A stretch of DNA of 64,000 nt. Origin: Neoechinorhynchus agilis. Its lineage: Eukaryota; Animalia; Acanthocephala. The translations under genes were made by a program, and so were the position numbers. Shown here piece after piece: positions 36,165 through 48,547 of this stretch. How positions within the stretch are numbered: the stretch's first letter is position 1; each line of letters begins with the position of its first letter. Where the stretch lies: positions 1,522,797-1,586,796 of the forward strand of contig CM121342.1 in assembly GCA_051530055.1 (NCBI GenBank), read 5' to 3'. A model generated the notes under the pieces. That model was not told the DNA's origin, did no database searches, and worked only from the letters and a program-made list of their open reading frames with translations.

Positions 36165-37300
36165 AGCACTCTTTATCCCGAAATTGTTATGGGGTCCGCA
36201 CAGCAACATTCTTCAAACATGAGGAAGGATTGGCTAAACTCGACGGCAAGGCGAGGGCTTGTCTCGAGCGTATTTTAAATGTCCAGCTCTCAGATGAGGC
36301 GTGGCGACAAGCTTCATTGCCTGTGTCGTCCGGGGGTTGGGCATTCGAGCGGTAGCAGGCCTTGCCAGCTTTTCTTGGATCGTATGAATGGAGTCAACCG
36401 ATAGCGAAGATAATTCCGAGGGGAAAGTTTGTCTTGACCACGACTTTGTGGTGGCAGTTGAAGAATGGTGCCTGCAGACAGGCGCTAACCGTGTTCCCGT
36501 GAATGACCTCAGACAGTCGAACTGGGACAGACCTCTCGTCGCGCGAGCTCGCAGTTCTCTACTTTCAGGTACTCGCGATGGGGTCGTCCGAGCTAGATTG
36601 TTTGCAGTTTTGACACGAGAATTGGGGCTTGATTGGAGGCTGTTCTTCTGGCATCTGTGGGAACTCTTCTCACTGATGAGGTAACGAGGGCTTGGTCTCC
36701 CGATATGCACGCCCCTTCGCTGTCGATGTGGGTCTTTTTCGGGCGACACGGTCTCGTTTGCCAAAAATCAGGAGGAAGGTTCTCACGCCATTCTGAGATC
36801 AACAGCGTAATTTCGCGGGCGTTGAGAACGGCGAACTTCCCCAGCATCTTGGAACCCACCCATCTTTGTCGACTAAATGGTCGTCGACCTGACGGAATTT
36901 CGGTCTTTCCGTGGCGGGAGGGCAAATGCCTTATCTGGTACGCCACGTTTGTGGACACTTTCGCAGTAAGCAACATTCCCTACTCTCTCGAAATCGCTGG
37001 ATGTGCAGCGGAAGGGAGGAAGGTATGAAAATATAGGGATTTAGCAAGGGTCCACTATATTGTTCCCTTCCGAGAAGAGACGCATCGAGCGCTTGGCAGC
37101 TCGGCACTCTGCTCCAGGATCTCGAAGAAATTCAGAGAAACGACCGGCGACGCACGAGCAGTTGTATTCCTGCGGCAAAATATCTCGCTAGCAGTACAAC
37201 AAGGCAATGCTGCTAGCGTGATAGCGATAGCCGAGGAAGGAGAGAAGCTCCAATTTTTGCGGACGGTGATGATTGCACATTTTGTGCTTTATTACTGTAA
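36165..37300 (+). mobile_element. 5'-truncated CRE-clade retrotransposon (same family as 19700-21100)
   Basis: [39 protein letters not shown] and ISLAVQQGNAASV. Confidence 0.9.
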
Positions 37301-37550
37301 AACCCCGAGAAATAAAAAATATTTACTACAAATTTTTTTTAGAAAATTCAACAATCCATATCGAGCGGAAAATCGTTAAAATACAGGAGTGTAGATTTGT
37401 GTAAATTTACAATGTTTTTGGTTTGATATAATAGGGATTTAAGAGCAAGTATAAGAACATTACCTAAGAATAATTTTGTATCTTTTACTTTTTTAAGCAT
37501 AAAATACCTTTACAGTCGAACTTCTTGATACAATAACAAAACAGTTTCTA

Positions 37551-37713
37551 TTTGGGTCGCTTGTCAACACCAAAGAGGGATCATTGAAGAAGAATGTGTA
37601 TTTTGACTGGTTGCATCAGTCATTTTATCATTGTTATTGCTTGTAAGTTTTTGGAGTTCTAGAAAATATATTCTTCTTTAATGGTCCCTCTTGGGTGTTG
37701 ACAAGCGACCAAA
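37551..37713. mobile_element. MITE-like foldback, ~50-bp terminal inverted repeats, TA on both flanks
   Basis: ta|tttgggtcgcttgtcaacaccaaagagggatcattgaagaagaat ... attcttctttaatggtccctcttgggtgttgacaagcgaccaaa|ta. Confidence 0.75.
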
Positions 37714-37873
37714 TAACAACATATGCGGCTAGCATTTTGGCCAGCGCCGATGAATGGGAGCGTTGATGAAACTATAAATTATGTATGCTTGCTTAAAAAA
37801 CTCTTTCGTTCTAACCAACAGGAATGCAATCCTGGATAAAGTATTTAATTTCAGCGCGCCGATTTATGTACGG

Positions 37874-38956
37874 TCAATTTTTGGGAATACTTTTATGGTA
37901 CCGTTTTTCATCTATTTCTTTTACACACTCAGTTACTTTTGTTTTGGTGGTGACAAGATAGTCGAGTTCCTTTTTGAGTCCCTGTCGATGACACGATGAA
38001 AAAAATAAACTAGCGAAAACTGACCCTGATTCGATTAGCGTCTTGATCGAGAATCAACTGATGTTCTTCTATCAGTGAATGTATATAACGGCCAATATTT
38101 TTTCGTTTCGTCAATTCATCATGCAACAATGCTGAGTAACGGTTTACGATATCTTTTGACTCGGTAAACAGTCTTCTAGTTGTTTCTGTCCCACTGGATT
38201 CTAAAATGAAAAGTTATGCATTATAAAATCTTTACTTTTCAACCGTACATTCCGACGGCATTGTAAACTTCATCGCTCTGAAGCTCAAAATGAGCAGATT
38301 TTGTGATTTTTTGGACACGTTCGTCACAAGAAGGACAGTTCTCCATTTCTTGAAGTTGATCCACAAGAACATCAACCGAAGTAGTAAACTCTGAAGAGCA
38401 CTCAAATTCATCCATTGCTTTTGCGATATCAGCAGAAAGTTGATCCGAATTTTGTTTATAATCAGCGTCAAGGATCACCTGCCAAAACTTGTTCATTAAT
38501 TCGTCTTCGTAAATATGGCGATCAGTCCATATTTGTAGCATTCGTTCAGTACCATTCAAGGTCTCTTCGTCTGAGAAACTCACTATCTTTTCCAAAGCGC
38601 CAACTATGACGATGGAAAACGGTTTGGAAAACTCAGATCCACGGCGAAAACTGTTTTGAATAATATCATTGGCTAAGTAGAGGAGAGATAGATGCTGACC
38701 CATGGGAGCTGAAGTTTTCACTGAAAAACTCTCGTAACACTTCAATGATCTAACCTTTAAGGAAATACTGATACCATGTTTGTACTATAGATTGCGCGGA
38801 TTCGCGATTAGCAATGCACCAACTTGACAAGCTCTCAATTGCATTCCTTGAATCGTTGACGAATTTTAACAACTTTTGAAACTCGAGCTCGGAGTATTCA
38901 GAAGTATCTTTAAGTATATCACTCATTTTGATCTTTTTTGTGGAACACGGCGACAT
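37874..38956 (-). CDS. RPRD1: RPRD1/Rtt103-like CID + CREPT-domain protein, copy A (four exons)
   Basis: LKFVNDSRNAIESLSSWCI, LLYLANDIIQNS and LQIWTDRHIY (CID). Spliced 3' exons give YSALLHDELTKRKNI (CREPT-like). A 34-bp GT-AG intron joins ORFs 38750-38956 and 38239-38745 in frame. Confidence 0.88.
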
Positions 38957-39987
38957 ATCTTTAACAATATACAGTTATGAGTAAAGATAAGATATTTCCA
39001 AACTCATAACATTCACAGAAAAAACAATTGCAATTTTCAGAAGAAGCTTTCAATATTATGGTTGAAATACTTTGAATCAATTATATTAAGTATTTAGATC
39101 GGATCTTTGCCTATCTTGAGTAAAATTGTGTTAAATGGGTATAAAAAACGATGTTCAGAACTATAACTTATCTTGACGACACCAAAGTGAGATTATTTAG
39201 GTTACACGAAAATTATTTGATTTTCTAATGTCAGTCACGAAATCGAATCCTGCTCAGGGTTAAGCGTACAAAACATTTACGAACTTCGCTTTCACGATTG
39301 GCGCAATCAATTGTAGATCTAGCAATTGTAACAAATATCTTGATTCTATTTTCACAGTTCGGAAACGACATTCCTGATGTTCTTTTAAACTTAATGCAGC
39401 TAGAGATATCCAGGACGTGACCAATAAATCAATTTTTAAGTTCATAAAATTCAAATTTCTCAAAATCATAAAATGCGTCTCTCAATCTGATGATTTCTTC
39501 AGCCGCGATAACCTTAAATATTTGATGATTTCTTCAGCCGCGATAACCTTAAATATTTGATTATTGTTGTAAAACCAGGAAATAGCGCTACAATTTGAAC
39601 CATCTATAGAATTTCTCACCTACGTTAGTCGAGTTTTCGCCGTCGGTAAAAGCTCGATTACAAAGGCTCTCGGCAGCGTCAATTTAAAAACCAAAAAACT
39701 TGATCAACCACGCGGCTGAAATGAATCGCCAAAAAGGTAAGCGACTAAGCCGTGTTGTAGGACAAAAAATTTTTGCAATCGAAGCGATTTTCTTTTTTCA
39801 TAAAAAACAACAGAAGCTTTGTATGACCGGAATATTATCTGATTAAATCGCAAATGGAATTAAAACAAACTCCCCCCGCCGCTACCATGAAAATAATTAA
39901 AATTGAGCTACGAATAAATTGCTAAACTTCGATCCGCTGCTTTCTATTTGTGAAAAACCAGCATTAAAAGGAAATTGCAAAATAGCT

Positions 39988-40673
39988 TTAATGAATCCCG
40001 TATTTGGATTTTTTTAAATTCACTCCTTGCATCAATAACCAAGCAGCAACATCGGCGCATTCCTCGTGGTGTTTACGGTCGTGATGATATTGGAATCGGC
40101 CATAAACACTCGCCTGGTAGTTCGTTTCAATGTTTGCAATTTGTACAGCTGAATCGACAGTGACCTTTTTAGCGGTCTTAATACCTTCCATTAGCCAGCA
40201 AGCAATAACTGACGAAGCTAAACGACTGCTTAATTTACTGAGAATGAATAAATCCTCCGATGTTTTGAATTCGTTACAGAGGACTTTAGACACGTTAGAA
40301 CGGTTAACCGTCTGCTGTTTTAGCGAAAACAAATCCGTATTTTAGCCCGTTGGATTTGTGTTCTTCTTCACAAGGTCATAACTAGGTACGAGGTTGCATC
40401 CAAACTTTTGATTGAACCACGAAACAAGAGGATCCCAATTCTTTGCTTGGCACTTGGACAAATTTTCCGGAGATCGAATCCTGTGAAGGAGAGTATCACT
40501 GTTCTCGAGAATGGAAATAATGTTCGCCAAAGAGGTGGAAATGCGGCACTCGGTGTCGTCCTCAAATGCAGCGTTGAATTCACGAATCACACGAGATAAT
40601 GGACTGTCCTTTCCGAACAAAGAAAGCTCCTCAGTTGTTAATCTTGCCAATAAAGCACTCCTGGTCCAACCGT
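39988..40673 (-). pseudogene. ATPAF2: ATP12/ATPAF2 F1 assembly chaperone, 5'-truncated by the duplication junction
   Basis: DTLLHR...Q...WDPLVSWF and AVQIANIETNYQ...YGRFQYHHD match ATP12. Probable 57-bp intron. Sequence upstream of GWTRSALL is replaced by the start of copy B. Confidence 0.8.
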
Positions 40674-41020
40674 TGTGTTTTTTGAACAATGTGAGCTCGA
40701 ATGCTTTGTGAATTCGAATGCTTATGAAGACCCAAAAGTAAATGGGTCCTCCTATTCTTTCTTTGTATTTTTCAACAATAAACGTTTTGTTATTATTACC
40801 TAAGAAGAATTCCGATAGCTTGCAACAAAAATATTATCGTTGTCAACAACAAGTATTTGTAGTTAGCAAATATTTGTGCATAACGCGAATAATGGCTAAA
40901 GAAGTGCTGTAAATTTGCTGCTACAAATGCCAACATTTTGACAGCTTTTACGCTCCTTGTTAGCCAATCGGTGTTTATTTATTTTCGATTTTGATGTTTC
41001 GAGAGAAGTTTCACGTTTAC

Positions 41021-42801
41021 AATATCGTTATTACAGACCCATACGTTATGATTGTTCGGCAGCTCCGCGCTTATTCGCTGCAGCAAGAATCTGCTGGAGC
41101 GCATGTCGCCGGTGGCATGTTTCAGCATTTTTCCCAGTCAAGGAAGGAAATAATCGGCTTCTTTTCCGAGGTATCCCAGCGTTTCCACCGCAATCCGGAT
41201 GAACATCTATTGATGCCCATCGAGCGAGGAGTGCTTATGCCGCTTCTTTTAATCGCTGAGGCTGGTGATTGCTACCGCTTTTGAGGTAGCATCCCGTAAA
41301 TGGGATGCTGTGAGCGTGTTGGGGCAAGTAAAATCCCAAACCAGTATTTTCCCGGAGCACCAAGGGGAGAGTGTCTCCATCAGGGCGTTTACCGTCGTTC
41401 CGGGAGAGTCCAACTGGTTCGAGTCGAGCTGGAAAACCGGCCGTTGAGATGGCTTCCTTGATTATGCGGTTGACTGCTGAGTGCCGTGCGCAGCGAGCAT
41501 TTGAACTCTTGCAGTCAAGGTCGTGAGTTCCCGACCTATTCACTGTCCCACCGCACCGACATGTATATGAGCCTGAGAATTCGATGCCCAACCGAAGTCC
41601 CACAGCGACGGTGATGGCTTGGTCATCCAGCCTCGTGGCAACAATCGTGACCGGGAAAACCTTCAAGAAGTCGCTTGAGTGAGGAGCTGAGACTGACAGG
41701 AGACGAACTCTATCGGTGAGAGATGAGCATGAGTTGAGAAGCTGTTGATAATACGCAGTGTGGAGCAAGGCAGTCCAACGTTTTTGGGAGTTTGTTTCCG
41801 TTGGAACGACCTGCCCGAACACTGATGTCCATTGAGCGTGCGTTTCAATCAGTTCAGGTGGTGGATACGACTCTAGTCGAATGTGTGGTGGGATGATTCT
41901 CAGCACCAGGTCTGAAGAGACCGAGATCGACGACGAAAAGGCAGGAATTGCTACTTCGGTGGTACTCTGGATGCCAAGACCGCCGAATCGAATGGGAAGG
42001 ATCGCCTGTTTCCATGCTGTGTCGGACAGTCGTAGGTTAAGTACTTCTGACAGGGTTGATCGAACGCAGTTGTCGAAATCCCTGGTGAGCACTGACTTGA
42101 AGCATGGAGAAGTCCTCAGAAGGTACGCAATCTTCGGAAGCGACAGACATCGTGATAATATGAACAGAGCGTCGTATCGCGCGATGTGCAAGAGCCTGGA
42201 GGCAGTGAGCCGCATTTGATCGATAGCTTTTGAGAGGAACGTTTCCAGGTTGGACAGGTTACCGATTGGAGACTCAAGAATGTCAGCTGAGTCGATTGCA
42301 GTTGTGTTTGCTCCAGGTAGTACGGTGAGCAGTCTTGATGATATCGGCACCCATTTCGGAGATGTTTTTGATGTCGCGGATGAGTTGGTCGATCTCCCCT
42401 CCAAAGCAACAGTCGTCAAGGTACCAGATCGATAACTCTGACGAAGAGCTGTGGGCAAGATGATTGATCGTAAATGCGAACAGCAGAGGACCTAAAGGAT
42501 TACCTTGTTGAACGCCCTCTGCTGATTCGACCTGGAACTCGCCGAACAGCAGCATGATGGCCTGGTCGTAGCACAATGACACGTTCTGGTAGATTTCTGG
42601 TAGGTGCTGGTGGACAACCTCTGTTATCGCGGAGCGGCATATTGAATTGAACGCACCATTCCGACTATACGCTCGTGCTGCATGTACGGCCGCCTCGGCT
42701 CCAGCAGGAACTCTGACTCCTAATTGAACCGGCAAGAGTTGATCGATCAATTGATCGGTGGCGAACTTACACGCGGCTTTGGATGCCAACCGACGATAGG
42801 T
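41021..42801 (-). mobile_element. 5'-truncated CRE-clade retrotransposon, copy B (identical ORF translations to copy A)
   Basis: Same as 27650-29430 at offset 13371. Confidence 0.92.
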
Positions 42802-44354
42802 TTCGACTAAAGGTAAAAAAATTTATGTTAGGAGAATTAATCAATTTTAATCCGATTTTCCAGTATTCTAAAGATAATTTCAAGCAGGCGTTCGGGCTCA
42901 AAAATTGATTGGGCGTTTCTATTTTCCTGGACGCCTTCTGTACATCTTCTTGAGGAACAGCTTCCTTTATAGAATTGCTCTTACTTGATTGTGATAAATT
43001 ATCCGGAATCGATTGAAGCACTTTGTCTACATTATAACAACTTAATTTGTTATCTGTGAATAAAGTTGGCAGATATTCAACGATGCAGTTTTATTCAACT
43101 TCTAAGGTTTTAGTAGGTTCAACTTGTTAATTTGATTGATTTCTTTATGTTTGGATGCCGGCACTTCTTTAATTTGAATCCTTTGCGATCGAAGTCTTGC
43201 CATTTTTGGCTACAATTTAATATCGCAATTATTATTCATTTTCTTTATAAGAGGTCGTCGTTGGGGTTTCTCTGTATTACATTTTTTTCTAAATTTGTTT
43301 GTAAAAAATAAAACTTCGATAATATGCAATTAATTGCAGCTCGAATTGTCTTGGAAAAATTATGTAACATCAATTGATAATATAATTTGTTCGTTGATTA
43401 AAAAAATATTTGTTGTTGGATAAAATTTTTTTGGAACATGTTTGTATTTTTAGAGCAATTGTTTAAACATTGACATTGAATCGAATTTTTGTTTTCTTTA
43501 ATGATAAATCGGCTGCACGAAGTGATGCATTATTTCTGCTTAAAATCGAGACCATAAGTTGATCGAAAGCATAAGCAAGACTACAAGATCGATTTCTTCG
43601 AACCGAATTCCTTTGATGTAAAAATCAATCGCATTCCCGCCGGTGCGAGCGTAACGAGGTATTTTATGCCAAAGCACTCTAAGTAATCTTTATACGAATT
43701 AGAAGCGCGTTTGCTTGATACAAAAACTCAAGCAACCTTTCGCATTTTAGCTTTCAAGAATTGCCTCATCGCACACTAAAAAAAGCTCCCAAATCACAGA
43801 GGGCGCTCACCGAAACGCGGTTCGATTCCTAATTTCAAACATATTTCCTGATTTCCCTGATTGTTTAATGTCGTTTTGCAAAACAATTCAAAAAATATAT
43901 TTGAATATATTCTAAAAAATTCATATCTTCTTAACTTTTAATATATAGACATTAGTTTCTTTAGATGTTCTAAGATCTTATAAAGGTTCACTTAATTTCG
44001 GAGCAGAGATCATTCACACCATCGCTTTTGGGTAGATAGTTTAATAAAATTTTTATTCCTTTAACTTTAATTCTTCTTTTAGTTGTAACCTTTTTAACGT
44101 ATAAGTATTTTTTTACCTAAATGCATACAACACAACTTCTTTGGCCGTTAGATAGCCTTATAGTATTTTTTTCAAATTCTTTATATATATAATTTATCCA
44201 AAAATAGGATATCAGTTTTTAATTTTAAACAATATTGATTCCTTTAAATAGTCGCTCGATATTTCCACTTTGTTAAATTTTTATATTTCTGCGTAGCGCG
44301 GTAGATTCTATGGCAACGAGATAAAGAAAAAAGAAATGTACATTTGAAGACGTT

Positions 44355-46400
44355 ATGAATAACAATGAATCATTGAAGCAGTGTCCAATTTGCAGTCGCA
44401 GATTCTCGTCAAATCATTTCAGCGCCACTACAAGGGGAGTGTGAAGTGTCAGGATTAAGAACCAGGCAGCCTTTTGAACGTGGAAAGGAACGTGTAATTC
44501 GCATTGGTGATGCATCCTTCAAAGTGAGCGTGAAGTAAATGGATACGACGAAAAGAAGGATTTTAAAAGGATTACGGCATGGCGTAAGAATTATGAGAAT
44601 TTCGCAGTAGATCTAAAAGGAATTAACGAACAAGTGGAGGATTTAGTGAAGGATAAAGACCAGGAAAGTAACGATGACGATCGGGTTCGCTGCCCGCATT
44701 GCTGCCGTCGTTTCTTTAAAAGTTCAGCGGGCCGCCACATTCCACCTTGTGCGAGGAGATTTGCCGAAATCAAATTGAAAAAGAAACTCGACGAGAGAAC
44801 GAGTGTATATTGTGGTTCGCCTCAAAATGCAAATGATATGAAAAAAACCAAAGTTCGCCAAGGGGTTATCGGAGGCGCTGAGCGAAAAAGAGCACAAGGT
44901 AAGTGGGTGGAGATATCATCGACGAATGCGCGAATACAACAACTTCAACGGAATGGGACACCAGTAAGCGAAAAGAAAGATCTGACAAATAATTTGCGAT
45001 TGGTTATTCCGTCGAAGCAGAAGGTAGAAAGAGTAAAAGCGAAAAATAAGAATTTTAATACCTTATTTCCACCGAAAGCACAAAATTTTCAAAAAAAGAG
45101 GACGACAAACGAAGAGGTGAGAACAGCGAATGGATTTCATGGGCAAGTTCTCAATAGCAGCAAAACCGTTATAAAGGGAATTAATCGGATTCGTACTGAA
45201 ATGACGAATAAAAAGAACTGCATCATAAAATTTGATAAGGAAAGTAGATGGAGAAAAAACGAAGAAACCGTTTTAGATAATCGCAAAGGAATAGGACCTA
45301 TTAATTCTGAACATATGTCGTTAGAATCTAAATCACCGCCCTGTGAATTAAATTACGACTTTATTCAAAGGAAGAAAAAATTGCCATATAATCAGAATGG
45401 AAGTACGAATAAAAGGATTAAAAAAAGCAGTCCGAAGAGCATGATCGGACTAGCCAATAAATTTAAAAAGAATAGTGAGATTGTTGGTGTTGGTTGCCTC
45501 GAAACGTCAAAATGTTATTGCGAAAACAATAGCGGGTTTCCTCAAGAACGTAGTGAAATAGTGAATTTCGATCGAGATTTAAAGATGTTGAACATAGTGA
45601 AAGTGAAAGGTCGAAAGTCAGAAGAGTCCAAAGTTAGGATTCGGAATGGTTTAGGAGTTTCTTTGGAGAGAAATTTCGGTGAAAACAAAGCGAATGGATT
45701 TCATGGGCAAGTTCTCAATAGCAGCAAAACCGTTATAAAGGGAATTAATCGGATTCGTACTGAAATGACGAATAAAAAGAACTGCATCATAAAATTTGAT
45801 AAGGAAAGTAGATGGAGAAAAAACGAAGAAACCGTTTTAGATAATCGCAAAGGAATAGGACCTATTAATTCTGAACATATGTCGTTAGAATCTAAATCAC
45901 CGCCCTGTAAATTAAATTACGACTTTATTCAAAGGAAGAAAAAATTGCCATATAATCAGAATGGAAGTACGAATAAAAGGATTAAAAAAAGCAGTCAAAA
46001 GAGCATGATCGGACTAGCCAATAAATTTAAAAAGAATAGTGAGATTGTTGGTGTTGGTTGCCTCGAAACGTCAAAATGTTATTGCGAAAACAATAGCGGG
46101 TTTCCTCAAGAACGTAGTGAAGTAGTGAATTTCGATCGAGATTTAAAGATGTTGAACATAGTGAAAGTGAAAGGTCGAAAGTCAGAAGAGTCCAAAGTTA
46201 GGATTCGGAATGGTTTAGGAGTTTCTTTGGAGAGAAATTTCGGTGAAAACAAAAAAGAACCACGAAATTGCATCATGAGAATTTCAAACACAAAGAAAAA
46301 TATTCGAATTTGTAAAAGATGTAAACAAGAATTCTCTGATGAACAAAACTATGTGAAGTTTTGCATGTTTTGCGGATTTGCTTGTAATTTTAAACATTAA
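44355..46400 (+). pseudogene. ZC2HC1: Second ZC2HC1-like copy with three clustered indels (-1, +2, -1) that disrupt the first zinc finger
   Basis: Relative to copy A: gtcaaatc vs gtccaaatc (~44410), ggggagtg vs ggggtg (~44437), gcgtgaag vs gcgtggaag (~44532). Otherwise nearly identical; could be sequencing error. Confidence 0.65.
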
Positions 46401-47409
46401 AAATATATCATAGAGAATTGTCGCCGGGGTGAATTTGATTCGAGTTTGGCGAGGTTTTTCCCTTAAAAATCCTGGGGAAAACCTCACCAAACTCGAATTA
46501 AAAATATATGTATTATTTAGTAATTCAAAGTAGAAACATTGACTGTTTAATCAGGTTATCTTTTATAAGGGCACGCAAAATCAATCGCAATGTATTTTAA
46601 ATTTTATAATAAGCAATTGGTATTTCGGTACATTTTATTCGAGAGTAACTTTTCAATAAAATGATTCTTTTAATTTTTTAAATACTAAGAAAACGACGGG
46701 ATCCAAAAAAAAATTTGTGAATATTTTTTATCAGAATCAAGAATTTTATCCAAAATTCTCCAGAATAACAAATTTTCTTAAAATAAATTAGCTACACATT
46801 AAAAGACTTTTTCTTTAGTTTCCATGTTTAGGAATTAAAGTCACGGATCTGCTTCCTTCAACTGATTCGTTTACAAATTTTGAAGATGGAAAATTCTTCA
46901 CGCAAATATCCACTGACAACACCAACAAGAAGGATTTAAAAATTAGATAAATTAAGCGAAATCAACTGCATTAATAGGTGTAAATCCTTCTGAAACAGCC
47001 TAAAAGATGGACGTTTTTGGAATGCAAATAAATAATACTCAATACGACGACAGATATTGCAAGATTTCGGTACCAGAATCGGTCGGTAAATAATGATATG
47101 TAATTAAACATAAAATTGGTTGAAAGATAATGCAAGTTTTGAGCGCTACAGATTCCGAAACTTGTTATAGTGTTAGAGAAGAAATTTGATATTTGCTCCA
47201 CGAAAATACATATTAACTACACCTTGCAAATTCCCTTTCGAGTCTATTCATTTGTTTCTTCTTTAAATTCCACTAACATTTAAGTGACTACTTTTTGAGC
47301 ATTTTGGTTTTGTACTGATCTCTGAACTAGACATTTTGGGGGAAATCAAAGCCTCGAGTATCTTTACATAATCTCGCTTTCTTCATTTTCATAACATTAA
47401 CCGTTTCGA

Positions 47410-48240
47410 TGACCACATTTTTACCTTGCGAGTTATTGGAACAAGGAATCACTTCATGGCTCTCGCAGACGGGACTCCAACAAACTCCAGCCAACGCGCA
47501 CGATCAATCGGCTTGGGATAAACCCTTAATCCTGACGGCTCACAACAACTAAAAGGCAAGATGGACGAGATGTCTCAAGCTAGACTTGTGGCCAGTTCGT
47601 CGAAGGAGTCGGGCGCATGGTTGAACGTTTTGCCAATAGGTAGCCTGGGAACGCTACTGGACAACGAGACCGTTCGAATAGCCATCGCTTTGCGGTTAGG
47701 CCTTTCAATGGGTGCCCCACACCAATGCCTTGGACTATTCCGCAAGAGGTCGAGTGGTCGTTTTGTGAGGCACGCGGAGCTCGATTATTGGCAAAGCTCT
47801 GAAATCGATACACATTCCACCGTCCTGGAGCCAAATCATCTACGTCGCTCGGATGGTAAGCGCCCGACGGTATCACCGTTTTCCCTTGGAAAGAAGGGAA
47901 AAGTCTAATTTGGAATGCGACGTGTGTCGACTCACTTGCCCCGTCCAACCGACAAGAGGCCCTAACTGAGACGGGAGGAGCAGCGAGTGCGGCCGAAAGG
48001 AGGAAAGTAGATAAATACAAAGAGCTACGACAAAATTATATATTCCTCCCTTTCGGCGTGGAAACGCAAGGGGCACTGGGATCGTCAGCACAAAACTTCT
48101 GCGCTGAACTCGGACGGCGGCTCACATCCTGCACAGGAGAGCGGCGCGAGAGGACTTTCCTAATGCAAAGGATTAGCCTCGCAATCCAACGAGGAAATGC
48201 CGTCAGCGTCCGATGCACGATCCCAGCTTAAAATATTAAC
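47410..48240 (+). mobile_element. 5'-truncated CRE-clade retrotransposon 3' half
   Basis: ARLVASSSKESGAWLNVLP, EPNHLRRSDGKRP, WNATCVDSLA, KVDKY, GVETQG and ISLAIQRGNAVSV. Confidence 0.9.
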
Positions 48241-48547
48241 AACAAATGATTTTAGCCTTAAATTTTTTTTAATAGTTTAAGTTTTAATAAAAAGCAGTAT
48301 ATTATGCAAGTGGTATCAAAAATAAAATATATTAAGAAAAAATGCAATCATTATGTTTAATCTTAGATGATAACAAAGGCTGCGTCAACCTTTTACACCC
48401 TTCAATATTTCCAAGAATGTGATATTTTATATTTTACCAACCGACCAATACATTTGAAACGTTTATGCTTAATTTTTTTTACCAAAATATCGGATTTAAT
48501 AAATTCTTTTAATTTTTACGCTGGTTTATAGTTTCTTCGACGCCCCT

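Larger units (their letters stand above)
27303..40673. repeat. Tandem segmental duplication, copy A (13,371 bp)
   Basis: ORF sets repeat at an offset of exactly 13371 (27586/40957, 33029/46400). Junction ccaaccgt|tgtgttttttgaac at 40673/40674. Confidence 0.95.
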
